Positions 40,378-50,611 are shown, counted from the first letter of the stretch. The stretch is DNA of 64,000 nucleotides from an uncultured Verrucomicrobiae bacterium (GCA_963818965.1 CAWFUG010000011.1:192001-256000), one strand, 5' to 3'. Notes: generated by a model not told the origin, from the letters alone. Translations and numbers: made by a program.

Positions 40378-41377
40378 ATTTCATGCCGTCTACCGATCCT
40401 GGATCTTCCGGCTCTCGTTAGGCGGCATTTTTCTTTTCTATCTCTGGCTCGTTTTTTTCACCCACACCACCCCGCTTCCTTCCACCAAAACCTCCCTTTT
40501 GCTCTATTCGAATCAGACAAGACAAGACCTCAAACACCTCTTCCTTCACGCCATTAAAAAGGCCAAGACCTCGCTCTTCCTAAGCGTCTATGGAATTACC
40601 GATCCTGACATCTTAAACCTGCTGCATAAAAAATCTCTAGAATCCCTCCCTGTTCATGTCGAGTTCGATCCCACAGCCTCTCTTTCTTTAGGACGCATGC
40701 CCTCCACCCTTCAGCTCTTTCCCATCCGATCGAAAGGGCTCATGCATCAAAAAATTTTGATCGTCGACGCAACGGACGTCTACCTCGGCTCTGCAAACCT
40801 CACCCCCTCCTCCTTGCGCCATCACGACAACCTGGTCGTTGGCCTCTACCATCCCCCCCTTGCCCAGTTTCTCAAGAACCCAGAAGGCGCCACCTCCTTC
40901 TCTTTTTCGATCGACACCTCTCCAGCAGAACTCTATCTCCTCCCCGATCCATACCATCTAGGACTAGAGCGCCTGCTTAAAACAGTGAACGACGCCAAGA
41001 CCTCCATCCACATCGCCATGTTCACCCTGACCCATCCGAAGATTCAAGAAGCCCTTATCCAAGCCAAAAAACGAGGGGTCGACGTCCGCATCGCAATCGA
41101 TTACTTCACAGCAAAAGGAGCCAGCCAAAAAGCGGTAGAACACCTGAGCCAAGCGCAAATCCCCCTCTTTTTTAGCCAAGGAAGGCAGCTCCTCCACCAC
41201 AAATGGGCCTGGATCGATGGAGAACTCCTCGTCATGGGATCTGCCAACTGGACAAAATCTGCTTTCACAAAAAATCGAGATTTCTTACTCTTTCTTCCTC
41301 TATCAGACAAAAAGCATAAACGATTTTTAAATACTCTCTGGAAGATCATTGAAACGGAATGTAACAACCACTTATAA
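40355..41377 (+). CDS. phospholipase D family protein
   Basis: Two HKD motifs, MHQKILIVD...GSANLT and LHHKWAWID...GSANWT; N-terminal TM. Confidence 0.9.
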   Translation: MQRERPFKFHAVYRSWIFRLSLGGIFLFYLWLVFFTHTTPLPSTKTSLLLYSNQTRQDLKHLFLHAIKKAKTSLFLSVYGITDPDILNLLHKKSLESLPVHVEFDPTASLSLGRMPSTLQLFPIRSKGLMHQKILIVDATDVYLGSANLTPSSLRHHDNLVVGLYHPPLAQFLKNPEGATSFSFSIDTSPAELYLLPDPYHLGLERLLKTVNDAKTSIHIAMFTLTHPKIQEALIQAKKRGVDVRIAIDYFTAKGASQKAVEHLSQAQIPLFFSQGRQLLHHKWAWIDGELLVMGSANWTKSAFTKNRDFLLFLPLSDKKHKRFLNTLWKIIETECNNHL

Positions 41378-41384
41378 ATAGATT

Positions 41385-41993
41385 ATGGAAAACTTTTGGC
41401 CGCAGGTCCTCACCATCGCCGTCTCCCTCTTCTTACTGATGGACTCCATCGGCAATATCCCCATTTTCATCTCCGTTTTAAAAGATGTCCCGCGAAAGAG
41501 ACAGCGAATCGTCATTTTAAGAGAGATGGTCATTGCCCTCTTCGTCATCATCCTCTTTGAATTTTTGGGAGACTACTTACTCGCGCTTTTGCATGTGACG
41601 ATGCCGACCATCCTCATCTCTGGAGGTCTAATCCTTCTACTCATCGCGCTCAAGATGATCTTTCCCACGAAGCAAAATGCAGATACGGGTATCGCCTCAG
41701 ACAAAGAACCGCTGATCGTCCCCCTCGCCATCCCCTTAATAGCAGGCCCCGCCGTTCTAGCCGCCGTAATGCTCTATTCTGGCCAGTACACAAATAATTG
41801 GATCCCCCTTACAGCAACAGCCATCGCTTGGACCCTCTCCACCATCATCCTCGTCAGCGCCGGCTTTTTTAAAAAATGGCTCGGCACGCGCGGTATCCTC
41901 GCCCTAGAGAGACTGATGGGATTGATCTTAACCCTTATCGCCATTGAGATGTTCCTAGATGGAATCGACCTCTTCCTCAAAGCCACCGCTTAA
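41385..41993 (+). CDS. MarC family membrane protein
   Basis: LFLLMDSIGNIP, IVPLAIPLIAGPA and LERLMGLIL. Confidence 0.92.
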   Translation: MENFWPQVLTIAVSLFLLMDSIGNIPIFISVLKDVPRKRQRIVILREMVIALFVIILFEFLGDYLLALLHVTMPTILISGGLILLLIALKMIFPTKQNADTGIASDKEPLIVPLAIPLIAGPAVLAAVMLYSGQYTNNWIPLTATAIAWTLSTIILVSAGFFKKWLGTRGILALERLMGLILTLIAIEMFLDGIDLFLKATA

Positions 41994-42738
41994 AAACATT
42001 AGACTCACCCTCTCCTACCACGGCAAGCCGTTCCAAGGCTGGCAAAAAGTAGGCGTAGGAAAGAGCATCGAAACGACGCTACAGAACGCCCTAGAGACCA
42101 TCCTCCGCCACCCCGTCACCCTGCAAGCGGCGAGCCGCACTGATGCTGGCGTCCACGCCCGCGCGCAAATCGTCAACTTCTTCTCACCCAGTATCAATCT
42201 ACAACGCTGTGTCTACAGCTTAAATCGCCTGTTGCAGAAAGAGATCTGCATCCATTCCGCAGAAGAAGCCCCCCTAGAATTCCATCCCACCCTTGATGCG
42301 AAAGGAAAAGAGTACCTCTACCAGATCTGCTACGGCCCCATTCAGCTCCCTTTCCTCCAAGAGACCTCCTGGCACTTCCCCTACCCCCTCGATCTCCTCC
42401 AAATGGAACAGGGCGCAGCACTTCTGCTCGGCACCCACGATTTTTCCGCCCTCTGCAATGCACGCGTGCTGTGGGACCGCACCCCGTTCTGCACCCTACA
42501 GTCGATCCAAATCACCCCTCTAGCCATCGATCGCCTCCAGATCGCCATCATCGGAGACCGCTTCCTCTACAAAATGATGCGCAACCTCGCCGGAACTCTC
42601 GCCTACATCGGCTGCGGCAAGCTCCAGAAAGACGCCCTTCCCAAAATCCTGGAGGGGAAAGACCGCGCTCTCGCTGGGATGACAGCTCCCGCGCACGGCC
42701 TCTGCCTCAACCGCGTCTTTTATGCGAATCTCCCTTAA
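41959..42738 (+). CDS. truA: tRNA pseudouridine(38-40) synthase
   Basis: Y-G--F-GWQ, ASRTDAGVHA, GTHDFS, FLYKMMRN and APAHGL. Confidence 0.96.
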   Translation: MESTSSSKPPLKNIRLTLSYHGKPFQGWQKVGVGKSIETTLQNALETILRHPVTLQAASRTDAGVHARAQIVNFFSPSINLQRCVYSLNRLLQKEICIHSAEEAPLEFHPTLDAKGKEYLYQICYGPIQLPFLQETSWHFPYPLDLLQMEQGAALLLGTHDFSALCNARVLWDRTPFCTLQSIQITPLAIDRLQIAIIGDRFLYKMMRNLAGTLAYIGCGKLQKDALPKILEGKDRALAGMTAPAHGLCLNRVFYANLP

Positions 42739-42811
42739 GTTTTATCCGTATGCGGCCTAAAAAAATCGACAATCGAATCAGCTCCTTGCCCTTTTTAAGG
42801 TAGCGGCTTTG

Positions 42812-43024
42812 TTATGTAGATTTCTTTTTGCGTTGAGCAGAAGAGCGTTTTTTTTTGGCCGGTTTGATCGGCACAAGCTCATAGCGATAGGGGGGCTTTA
42901 TTTCGACGATTTTCCCATTCCGGGAAAAGACAAGGGCTGTACCTGTCCGGATAGCCGTTTCGAAAGCTATTTGGAAACTCTGTTCATGAGCCTCTAAAAT
43001 ATATTTGCCTAAACCTTCACTCAT
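42812..43024 (-). CDS. small hypothetical protein (resembles partners of zeta-toxin-like ATPases)
   Basis: 70 aa, GTALVFSRNGKIVEIKP; ATG overlaps the TGA of an upstream remnant (ATGAGTGA); GGAGG RBS. Confidence 0.5.
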   Translation of the reverse strand: MSEGLGKYILEAHEQSFQIAFETAIRTGTALVFSRNGKIVEIKPPYRYELVPIKPAKKKRSSAQRKKKST

Positions 43025-43125
43025 GGGCTATTTCCTCCATTCTTTTCCAGATAGCTTCATCTAAAATATTCATAGATTTATTTTTAAGCTTTCCAGCAAT
43101 CAATCTTTTTGAAGATTCTTCAGAA
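43017..43125 (-). pseudogene. 3' remnant of a gene, possibly a zeta-toxin-like ATPase, ending near a MITE
   Basis: Open stretch SEESSKRLIAGKLKNKSMNILDEAIWKRMEEIAHE* coupled to the 42812 gene; the 43149 element lies about 25 nt upstream. Confidence 0.35.
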
Positions 43126-43148
43126 TACCAGGAAAAAGCTTTTAGAAA

Positions 43149-43320
43149 CTATACCCAAGTGGACTCAATCGTACCCAAGAAAACCGAATAAAAAGTTCTC
43201 AAATTTCGAATCAAAGGGAGGGGGTAATATTGAATTAATATTAACCCCCTCCCTTTGATTCGAAATTTGAGGCTTTTAATCGGTTTGCTTGTGGTTACGA
43301 TTGAGGTGGAAGGGGTATAG
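43149..43320. mobile_element. 172-bp TATAC-family palindromic element
   Basis: CTATACCCAAGTGGACTCAATCGTA...TACGATTGAGGTGGAAGGGGTATAG; inner stem CTCAAATTTCGAATCAAAGGGAGGGGGT / ACCCCCTCCCTTTGATTCGAAATTTGAG. Confidence 0.88.
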
Positions 43321-43349
43321 AGCGATCGAGAGAATTTCAGGCAGACAAT

Positions 43350-43378
43350 TTGACTTATATCTCTATGCTTTTTAAAAT
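43350..43378 (+). promoter_or_regulatory. putative map promoter
   Basis: TTGACT-17 nt-TAAAAT located between the two palindromic elements. Confidence 0.5.
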
Positions 43379-43463
43379 TATACCCCAGTCGGCCTCAAAC
43401 TTGGAATTTGGCGGGAGCTTTCGCGCCGGCCAAATTCCAAGTTTGAGGCCGACTGGGGTATAA
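43378..43463. mobile_element. 86-bp TATAC-family palindrome in the map leader
   Basis: 35-bp perfect arms TTATACCCCAGTCGGCCTCAAACTTGGAATTTGGC with a 16-nt loop. Confidence 0.88.
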
Positions 43464-43482
43464 GTGCAACAATAGGAGCAAA

Positions 43483-44382
43483 ATGATCTCACGCAATGAC
43501 TTTTGTTGGTGTGGCAGCGGAAAAAAGTGGAAAAAGTGCCATTTCCCCGATGAGGGCCTCGATCAGGGCACGGCTCAAACCCCCTCCCTTCGCCAGCAGT
43601 ACCTAAAAAAGTACGGCATCCGCATCAAGACGAAAGAAGAGATCGCGGGGATCCGACGCGCCTGCCTCCTCGCTGCTGAAATTCTCGATAAGACTGCCGC
43701 CATGGCCAAAGAGGGCGTGACGACTAATGCACTCAACGCCTTCGCCCACAACCTCCACATCGAAGCAGGTGCGATCCCCGGCTCCCTAGGCTACGGCAAT
43801 CCCCCCTTCCCTAAGAGCATCTGCACTTCTCTCAACGAAGTCATCTGCCACGGCATTCCCAATGATATCCCCCTCAAAGAAGGGGATATCCTCAACATCG
43901 ATGTCGCTCTAGAGCTCAAGGGCTACTTCGGCGACAACAGCCGCATGGTGATCATCGGAAACACCACAGAAGAGAAAAAACGAGTCGTTGAGGTCAGCTA
44001 TCAGAGTCTCATGCGCTCGATCGCCATTCTAAAACCGGGACTCATGGTCTATGAAATCGGAGATCTGATCGAAGATTATGCCACAGCACACCACTGCTCC
44101 GTCGTCGATCAGTTCGTAGGCCATGGGGTCGGTCTGACCATGCATGAACCACCTCAAATCCCCCACCACCGCAACCAGCTCAAAATCCCCCTCGTCGTCG
44201 GGATGACCTTCACGATTGAGCCGATGATCAACGCGGGTGTCCGCTCAGGCTACATCGACCCAAAAGACCACTGGACCGTGCGCACGACAGACGGGAAACC
44301 CAGCGCCCAGTGGGAACACACTCTATTGATTACGGAGGAGGGAGCGGAGATTCTGACGCCGTGGCATTTGCATCTAAGTTAG
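43483..44382 (+). CDS. map: methionine aminopeptidase type I with N-terminal SEC-C motif
   Basis: RNDFCWCGSGKKWKKCH; CTSLNEVICHGIP, GHGVG, FTIEPMIN and SAQWEHT. Confidence 0.97.
   Translation: MISRNDFCWCGSGKKWKKCHFPDEGLDQGTAQTPSLRQQYLKKYGIRIKTKEEIAGIRRACLLAAEILDKTAAMAKEGVTTNALNAFAHNLHIEAGAIPGSLGYGNPPFPKSICTSLNEVICHGIPNDIPLKEGDILNIDVALELKGYFGDNSRMVIIGNTTEEKKRVVEVSYQSLMRSIAILKPGLMVYEIGDLIEDYATAHHCSVVDQFVGHGVGLTMHEPPQIPHHRNQLKIPLVVGMTFTIEPMINAGVRSGYIDPKDHWTVRTTDGKPSAQWEHTLLITEEGAEILTPWHLHLS
44271..44364 (+). repeat. left copy of the map 3'-end direct repeat
   Basis: 94 bp, near-identical to 50514-50608. Confidence 0.92.
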
Positions 44383-44389
44383 AGCCTGT

Positions 44390-45292
44390 CTATTTTTTTG
44401 TTCCTGTAACCTTGTCGAGATAGATCCGAATGAGTGCAGATATTTTGATATAATTCATTGCGCCTTCTGGGTCAGTTGGTAAAACTTCTATAGTAGTAAG
44501 ATCTATTTTTTCGCCTCCACTCTCCAGATAACCCTCTCCCGGAAGAAGACTCTTTTTGATGATAGATTGCATACTGCCCACAGGTTTGATATGCACCTCT
44601 TCTTTTTCAGGAAAAAATCTACTTGCAACAACACAAGGAAGGCTATGCAATAACATTGATAAACCTGCATATTTTTCCTCAAACACCCAATGAGGATTTC
44701 TGGAAACGCCTCGATTATGAAAGCTATTTTTGCCGGAAAAATTTGAGCCGACTGATATAAGGATATCACTATATGAATTGATAAAGTTTTTAAGAGTAAA
44801 TCCTTCACCCGTCACGTCTTGACCCTGATCCAGAATAGAAAAATCACGATTTTTTGATATATAAACAACGTAGTTCAGTCCTTCTGCACTAGTACTCATA
44901 TGATTGATGCCAACGGAATTTGCATTAAGAAGGTCGACTATCTTATTGTTTGTTTTATTTTTCAATCTTATCGCCTTTTCTGTTAACAAGACATACTCAT
45001 CATTTGTAAAACCAGTAACATCTATTATTTCTTTATCATACTTAGGGTAATTAGCTTTCCCTGCAAGACTCACAAGACCACTAAGTACTCCTCTAGAATT
45101 TTGGTTGGCAATCCAACAGCTCATCCTTTTAAAGCGATTCCAATGGTTTGTGTTTTTTTTAGTTAATAACTCCATTCGAAGGAAAAGCGGCTCTTCATTT
45201 ACATGAACCGTCGCTCCAAAAACACCTTCTCGTATAACATAAGGCATTGACTCTTCTATTGATCCCAACTGACAACTTCCTATGCTACTCAT
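44390..45292 (-). CDS. hypothetical protein
   Basis: Intact 300-aa AT-rich ORF; no motif recognised. Confidence 0.65.
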   Translation of the reverse strand: MSSIGSCQLGSIEESMPYVIREGVFGATVHVNEEPLFLRMELLTKKNTNHWNRFKRMSCWIANQNSRGVLSGLVSLAGKANYPKYDKEIIDVTGFTNDEYVLLTEKAIRLKNKTNNKIVDLLNANSVGINHMSTSAEGLNYVVYISKNRDFSILDQGQDVTGEGFTLKNFINSYSDILISVGSNFSGKNSFHNRGVSRNPHWVFEEKYAGLSMLLHSLPCVVASRFFPEKEEVHIKPVGSMQSIIKKSLLPGEGYLESGGEKIDLTTIEVLPTDPEGAMNYIKISALIRIYLDKVTGTKK

Positions 45293-45451
45293 AAAAACCC
45301 CAAATCACATCGTTAAACAAACTTAATTTACATTATAAAGATGTATTAAAATAAAACCAAGTGAAAAGTAACTTTTACACAAAAAGATGTGAATTTATTT
45401 AAATACTAAATTATCTTGTAATAATGAAGCCGTTTTTGGAGATCTCTTCTA

Positions 45452-46159
45452 CTATAGACTCCCACCACCATCCACGCAGAGAGTTTGCCCAGTGATGAAT
45501 CCTGCATCCTCGGAAAGCAGAAACTCAATCGCAGCAGCCACTTCCTTGGGTTGTCCTACTCGACCCATGGGGATGTGTGTCAGCAGCTCCGTCTCCGCCT
45601 CACTACCAGCAGGGCGGATGGCGCGAAACATACTGGTTTCGATAGGACCAGGAGCTACTGCATTAACAGTAACACCGAATGGAGCCAATTCAAGAGCCCA
45701 TACGCGTGTACAACCGATGAGAGCACTCTTCGCAGCTGCATAACTCGTCCGTCCTGGAACCCCAAAGATTGCCCTAGAGGCGAGATTGACTATGCGCCCC
45801 CACTTGCGCTCCTTCATCCTACCCACGAGACCCTGTGCCATTTGGACTGCAGTACGAACATTGATGTCATATAGAGTTTTCAAAGTATCGAGGTCAATAG
45901 AGCCTAAAGGTTGAGGTCCGCCAGCTCCTACATTATTCACTAGAGCATCCACAGGGTATCGATCGAGAAGTAACGCAATGACACGCTCTGTTTCCTTTTC
46001 ACTGCTCAAATCACAAGGGAGGAATTGGCCGAGAAACACCTCTTCCGGTTCTGTGCGAGCAATTCCTATTACATGGTATCCCGCACTTGCCAGACGTTGG
46101 CTCGTAGCCAACCCAATCCCTTTTGAAGCTCCCGTAATGACAACCGTCTTCTTTTTCAT
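45452..46159 (-). CDS. short-chain dehydrogenase/reductase
   Basis: TGASKGIG, LVNNVG, YAAAK, VNAVAPG and ITGQTLCVDGG. Confidence 0.95.
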   Translation of the reverse strand: MKKKTVVITGASKGIGLATSQRLASAGYHVIGIARTEPEEVFLGQFLPCDLSSEKETERVIALLLDRYPVDALVNNVGAGGPQPLGSIDLDTLKTLYDINVRTAVQMAQGLVGRMKERKWGRIVNLASRAIFGVPGRTSYAAAKSALIGCTRVWALELAPFGVTVNAVAPGPIETSMFRAIRPAGSEAETELLTHIPMGRVGQPKEVAAAIEFLLSEDAGFITGQTLCVDGGGSL

Positions 46160-46167
46160 ATAACCTC

Positions 46168-46334
46168 TTATCTCTCAGCATATTTGTTGTCGATCCCTTG
46201 CTTTTCCATTTCTTTCTCCACTTGGAAAACGAAAATCTTCTTGGCTACGGTTTCTTCGATTTCCTCTGAGGTTCTCTCTCTTTCTCTCTAAGAAAATCAT
46301 CAAAATTGGAGCCGATGTGTTTATTCTTTGTCAT
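46168..46334 (-). pseudogene. truncated, frameshifted XRE/HigA-like antitoxin remnant
   Basis: MTKNKHIGSNFDDFL then, after a shift, EEIEETVAKKIFVFQVEKEMEKQGI; the HTH part is missing. Confidence 0.6.
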
Positions 46335-48066
46335 AATAAATTTTCCAATGCAGATGAGTTAACAGGTCTGTTTCTTCTGCCGTTAATTTATCAGGAGGGT
46401 TTTTTGCATATTGATCAAGAGCTTCTGCGATTGCTTCCAAAGAATATCCTTCCTTTTGTCCTAATTTGAAATGAGACCAGGCCCTTGCACCTAACTGATA
46501 AGCTTCTTGGTGTTTTAGCTTTTCATAACAAGCTCTTATTTCTGTTTCCCTATAGCATAATGTGGATATTTCCATCTCATTTAAATGAAATTCCGATGAG
46601 TTGTTTTGAGAAATAACTCGAATGAGTTCGACATCAACTTTCAGCGTTAAATTAGGAGCAACGTTACCAGATTCCCCATAAGCAAGGGCGGGATGAATAT
46701 CAAATCAGCCTCTTTTCTCCAACTTTCATGCCTTTGAGAGCAGCTCTAAACCCTAGGATGCACTCTCTTAAATTGATAGTCGAATTTTCCTGTATCAAGA
46801 TTTCTTCCGAAGGATTTGAAATGGTATACTTCAAATAGACAGTAGCATCCTCTGACTCTAGACTTTCGCCTTGTCCTTCATTTTTCGAGTAAAAATACAA
46901 CTTATCAGGAACAATGCATGTTAAGTCATCTCTTTCAGTCAATGCTTGGAAGACTGCTTTCGTCTCAATTAAATTATCCAACGCCATAAGCTCTCTCTCA
47001 GCCTGTTGGACATCATTACGTAAACGATCCCATTCCTTATCGGAGAGTAGCGTATTTTCTAGATTCGAATGCATACATTCCTTGAACAAAATAACGCATC
47101 CATCGTTCCTCACAAGTAGGAATCCCCTGAAGAATCGAACGTACTATTAGGGAAGTCCAATCGATATTCTTTAATTCCCAGGCAGGCCCTGACAAAGTTT
47201 TTATGATCGCTAGCCTTTGCTTTATATTTTCTAAAAAATGCTGGAGCACCTATGCTAGGAGATCTTGAGAATAGAGTATTTAGTTGGACTTTTTTCTGCT
47301 CTCACGAATATCTATCTAAGAGCTTTTTTGTTTCAGGACCTCTCGGACACCCAAACCAAGGAAACCCAGGAATTGCTTTAGGAACAATATCCTTAGAAAC
47401 AAGAGTTTCTTTCTCTAATTCATCCAGCTCATGACTTAATGAAATCAAAGGAATTTTCTCTGTTCTATAAAGCTTGTCTTCGAGAATTTCCTGATGACTT
47501 ACATGCAAGGCATTTTGCGTGCCAAATCCTAAAATAATCCCAGTTAACACTTTATCATGCTTTAAAGAGGGTGAAAAGCCTCGATCGCAATTGGTCAAAT
47601 CGCAAAGTACTCCTTGAGGGGTTGTTTTCGGGCCTAGGATATATTGAAATAAAGGCAAATTATCCCGCACAGATTTAACCACCTCGTCGCTGTTAACAAC
47701 AGCGACTTCTTCCCAGCCATAACTAATGGGTTTATAAGATTGAATAAAGTATCGCTGTCGATTTTTTTTTAAAGGGATCTTTTCCCATACGCGAAGTCCT
47801 TCCCGAAGAACAATGATCCTTCTGTGAAGAATGCCCCCTACCATGAAAAGGTTTTCCTCAGAAGGAAGAATACCCTCTATACAAGCGGGCTTGCTTCCAT
47901 ATAATACAAAGCCCCCCTGTGACTCTTCTAAAAGAACACGAAAAAAAACGTCTAAAACGGCACGTTTAGAAACGTACTCTTGCTCTTCATCATGGGCCAT
48001 CCCAGATAGAGGTAGCGAGATCGCGATCCATACAAGCAATCCCAAACATCGAAAGCGACTCATCAT
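46321..48066 (-). pseudogene. exported FKBP-type PPIase-domain protein, fragmented
   Basis: Signal peptide at 48066; FKBP motifs ILGFRAALKGMKVGEKR and IHPALAYG..APNLTL lie in different frames; stops or shifts near 47302, 47250, 47040 and 46700. Confidence 0.65.
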
Positions 48067-48479
48067 TATCCTCTAAAAAAAGGGCAACTCCTCTGATTAC
48101 ATCTCCCATCACCATGAGTGGATGGGTGACCATTAGGGCATTCTAAGAGAGTATAAGCACTATCCGGCTCGGAATGCATCGATTCTGCTGTTCTAGAGGA
48201 AGTTGCAATTGCATGAGAACTCTTTGGAATAGCGATAATTTTGTCTGCTTTGAGGTGGATTTCCCCATTTTCGCTGATATGGCAATACTGCTCTATATCA
48301 CTATCCATCAGTTCCAAAAGAAACGTTGTGCTGTCTCCCTTTTCGTTTTGTCCCATTAAAACATATGTGTTTTCACTGGCATAGGATGTATAGCAAACAA
48401 CAATGAAAAGAAAAAAAGGGATTCGTTTAATGAAGTTCATAAACACCTTCCTGACATTTTTTGGTAGGTTTTGACTCAT
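48066..48479 (-). CDS. small exported protein with C-terminal Cys/His cluster
   Basis: Signal-like segment; C-terminus CPNGH...GRCNQRSCP; stop overlaps the next start. Confidence 0.55.
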   Translation of the reverse strand: MSQNLPKNVRKVFMNFIKRIPFFLFIVVCYTSYASENTYVLMGQNEKGDSTTFLLELMDSDIEQYCHISENGEIHLKADKIIAIPKSSHAIATSSRTAESMHSEPDSAYTLLECPNGHPSTHGDGRCNQRSCPFFRG

Positions 48480-48643
48480 CGGTTTATACCACAGGGTATA
48501 ACCTGCTCGAATTTACCGTAGCACCGACGATTTCAGCAATAAAAATTTTTGTGCGTCATACCTCATAAACTTCTGCAATTTGGAAATCGCTTCCATCATA
48601 GACTACCACCACCATGAAATACCTCGCTCGTCAAAATTCTCTT

Positions 48644-48982
48644 CTATCTCAACCAAATGAACAAAGAAATCACGACCAAAGCTGATAGAAAACAGATTAG
48701 AGGTAGAAGACAAAAGAAAACCATTTTTCCATACCGCCTTTCCAGGGATCGTGCGCAGATAAAATAGAGGCTAAACGGCATGGAAAGCGGGACAGTTGTC
48801 ACTAAGAGTATGCTCAGCAGAATCTCTACTCCAGGCAAATCAGCTGCCAATGCCGTACATCCCCCAAGGATGGGCAGATATACTAGAGCAGGAAGAAATA
48901 ACACTACGTAGATACACATGAACAGGTTCCCAAAAAAATTGGCACCCCTCCAAACTGGTTCTGCACTAGTTTTAGTTGTCAT
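48644..48982 (-). CDS. small membrane protein (about 3 TM)
   Basis: Hydrophobic segments; ATG 48982 overlaps the end of the upstream hydrolase-like gene. Confidence 0.55.
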   Translation of the reverse strand: MTTKTSAEPVWRGANFFGNLFMCIYVVLFLPALVYLPILGGCTALAADLPGVEILLSILLVTTVPLSMPFSLYFICARSLERRYGKMVFFCLLPLICFLSALVVISLFIWLR

Positions 48983-50456
48983 GTTTTTGGCAGCCGGCAG
49001 GCTCAAGTTTATATTCCTGAATAATTTTCTTTAGAGTGTCCTGATAACAGGGCGCGAGGAATGCATGCTCCCAAGTGCCAGATCTGTTTTCATCTAGAAT
49101 GGTGACATTCTGTGCTTTATCCAGAAGATCCCCGTAGTACTCTAACCTGCGTCGTCGGAACTCATCAATCGTACTGCGTACTTGGGTGGTCATCAAACGT
49201 TCAAAGTCTCTTCGTATCAAATACTCAATCACTTGCTCAACAGTACAACCGGCCTTTTTTCCTTCATGCAACTCTAGAAGAAATAGGGAAATCTCGTTGT
49301 TTGCACCTCTAGTAATAATATCAGCAACACTAAAATAATTATGGGAATCAGTATGTGCACGATCTGACAAAACCAGTGAAGCGCCACCAAGCGTGAACAC
49401 CCTAATGCGTTGGCGCTCTGAATGAGAGTTTACTCAATCCCATATCTGCGATTAATGCACCTGGCTGTGTGCAATGACAACGATCGGGGGTTTAATTGAG
49501 GAGGAAGAGCGGTCGGACAGTTGAATAAGCATCTTAAAAAATTGAGCGCAAAATTTAACGGTTTCCGAATCGTACCCCGCCAACTGCATCCAGACATCAG
49601 CAAAACTACCTGGAGCGTCATTGGCTAAATAGAATACATGCTCTCCATTTGCCAGCTCTGAGATAAGATTTGCAGACGCCAATGATCTTTCAGGCTCGTT
49701 AAAGATCCCGTTAATGAATCCCCAAATGCATTGCCCTTCTCTTTCCGTTCCCACTTCCCTCACGGCATCTGCAAACTCTTTCTCAATTCCATATTCTTGT
49801 TGTTGAAAACGAATTTGGTCGCAGTGATGTCCCGGTCTGGATCGCAGGTAAGTTTCTCCGTTACTACGGTGGACTATTACAGCATCAAGCTGGTGATTTT
49901 CTACGCGCTGTATAGCTTGTAATTTGGTCAATAAATTTTCATAACCAGACAAATAGAATTCCACTTTTCGATGTGAGGAGTGGAATCTAGTTGTGATCTT
50001 TGGGAGCAGGGCAAAGGCATGTCTATTGTCTAGAGAAAAATGAGCAAGCTCTTGGATTCCTAGCAACAACCGAGCAAACTCTTCTGAGCGAAGAGATCTA
50101 GGTTTTGTCTGAGGGGCTAATTTGGTAATACCACATAGGCGATTCAAGTATTCCTCGGGATAAGCAGGCTGATAATATTTGGCGATTTCTATAAGGGGAG
50201 AATCAAAATACTTGGTTAAGATAATCCAGTTCCGAAGTGCTGCTTGCCCAACTAACGGATCCCGAAAAATAGCATATTGATGATGGCTCCCAATAGCGCG
50301 ATATTCTGTACAATGCACACTGTGTGATAATAGGAGTCCAGGGTTATTCAATTTCGATGCAAGACTGCCCCCACGTGCCACATATTTGTTGTCGAAGATG
50401 TCGAAATAGAACACAATCTCATCATCGTATCGGTAAGCCTTTTTTAATATTTCCAT
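48972..50456 (-). pseudogene. multidomain protein: NNPG cell-wall-hydrolase-like domain + DUF3892-like + alpha/beta-hydrolase (DUF687-like); two frameshifts
   Basis: KLNNPG..YAIF...G..AL; VIVHRSNGETYLRSRP; GFINGIFN and IAHSQ[G]; shifts at ~49460 and ~49421 restore HSQGALIAD...RIRVFTLGGA. Confidence 0.55.
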
Positions 50457-50513
50457 TGGTACCTATGCATGTTGGAATAGAGAGTTTAGTTGGATCATGA
50501 CATTTCTGTCTAT

Positions 50514-50611
50514 CTGGACCGTGCGGACGACAGACGGGAAACCCAGCGCTTAATTGGGAACACACCTTATTGATTACGGAGGAGGGAGCGGAGATTCTGA
50601 CGCCGTGGTGA
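50514..50611 (+). repeat. right copy of the map 3'-end direct repeat (ends TPW-stop)
   Basis: Matches 44271-44364 with a few substitutions and one indel; overlaps the 3' end of the convergent 50574 gene. Confidence 0.92.

Larger units (their letters stand above)
44365..50513. mobile_element. genomic island inserted at the 3' end of map (no integrase seen)
   Basis: Bounded by the ~94-bp direct repeat; visibly more AT-rich; all genes on the minus strand; several disrupted. Confidence 0.75.

Noticed and set aside
48481..48503. GGTTTATACCACAGGGTATAACC mini-palindrome in the island
   Set aside because: Resembles TATAC termini but too short to assign
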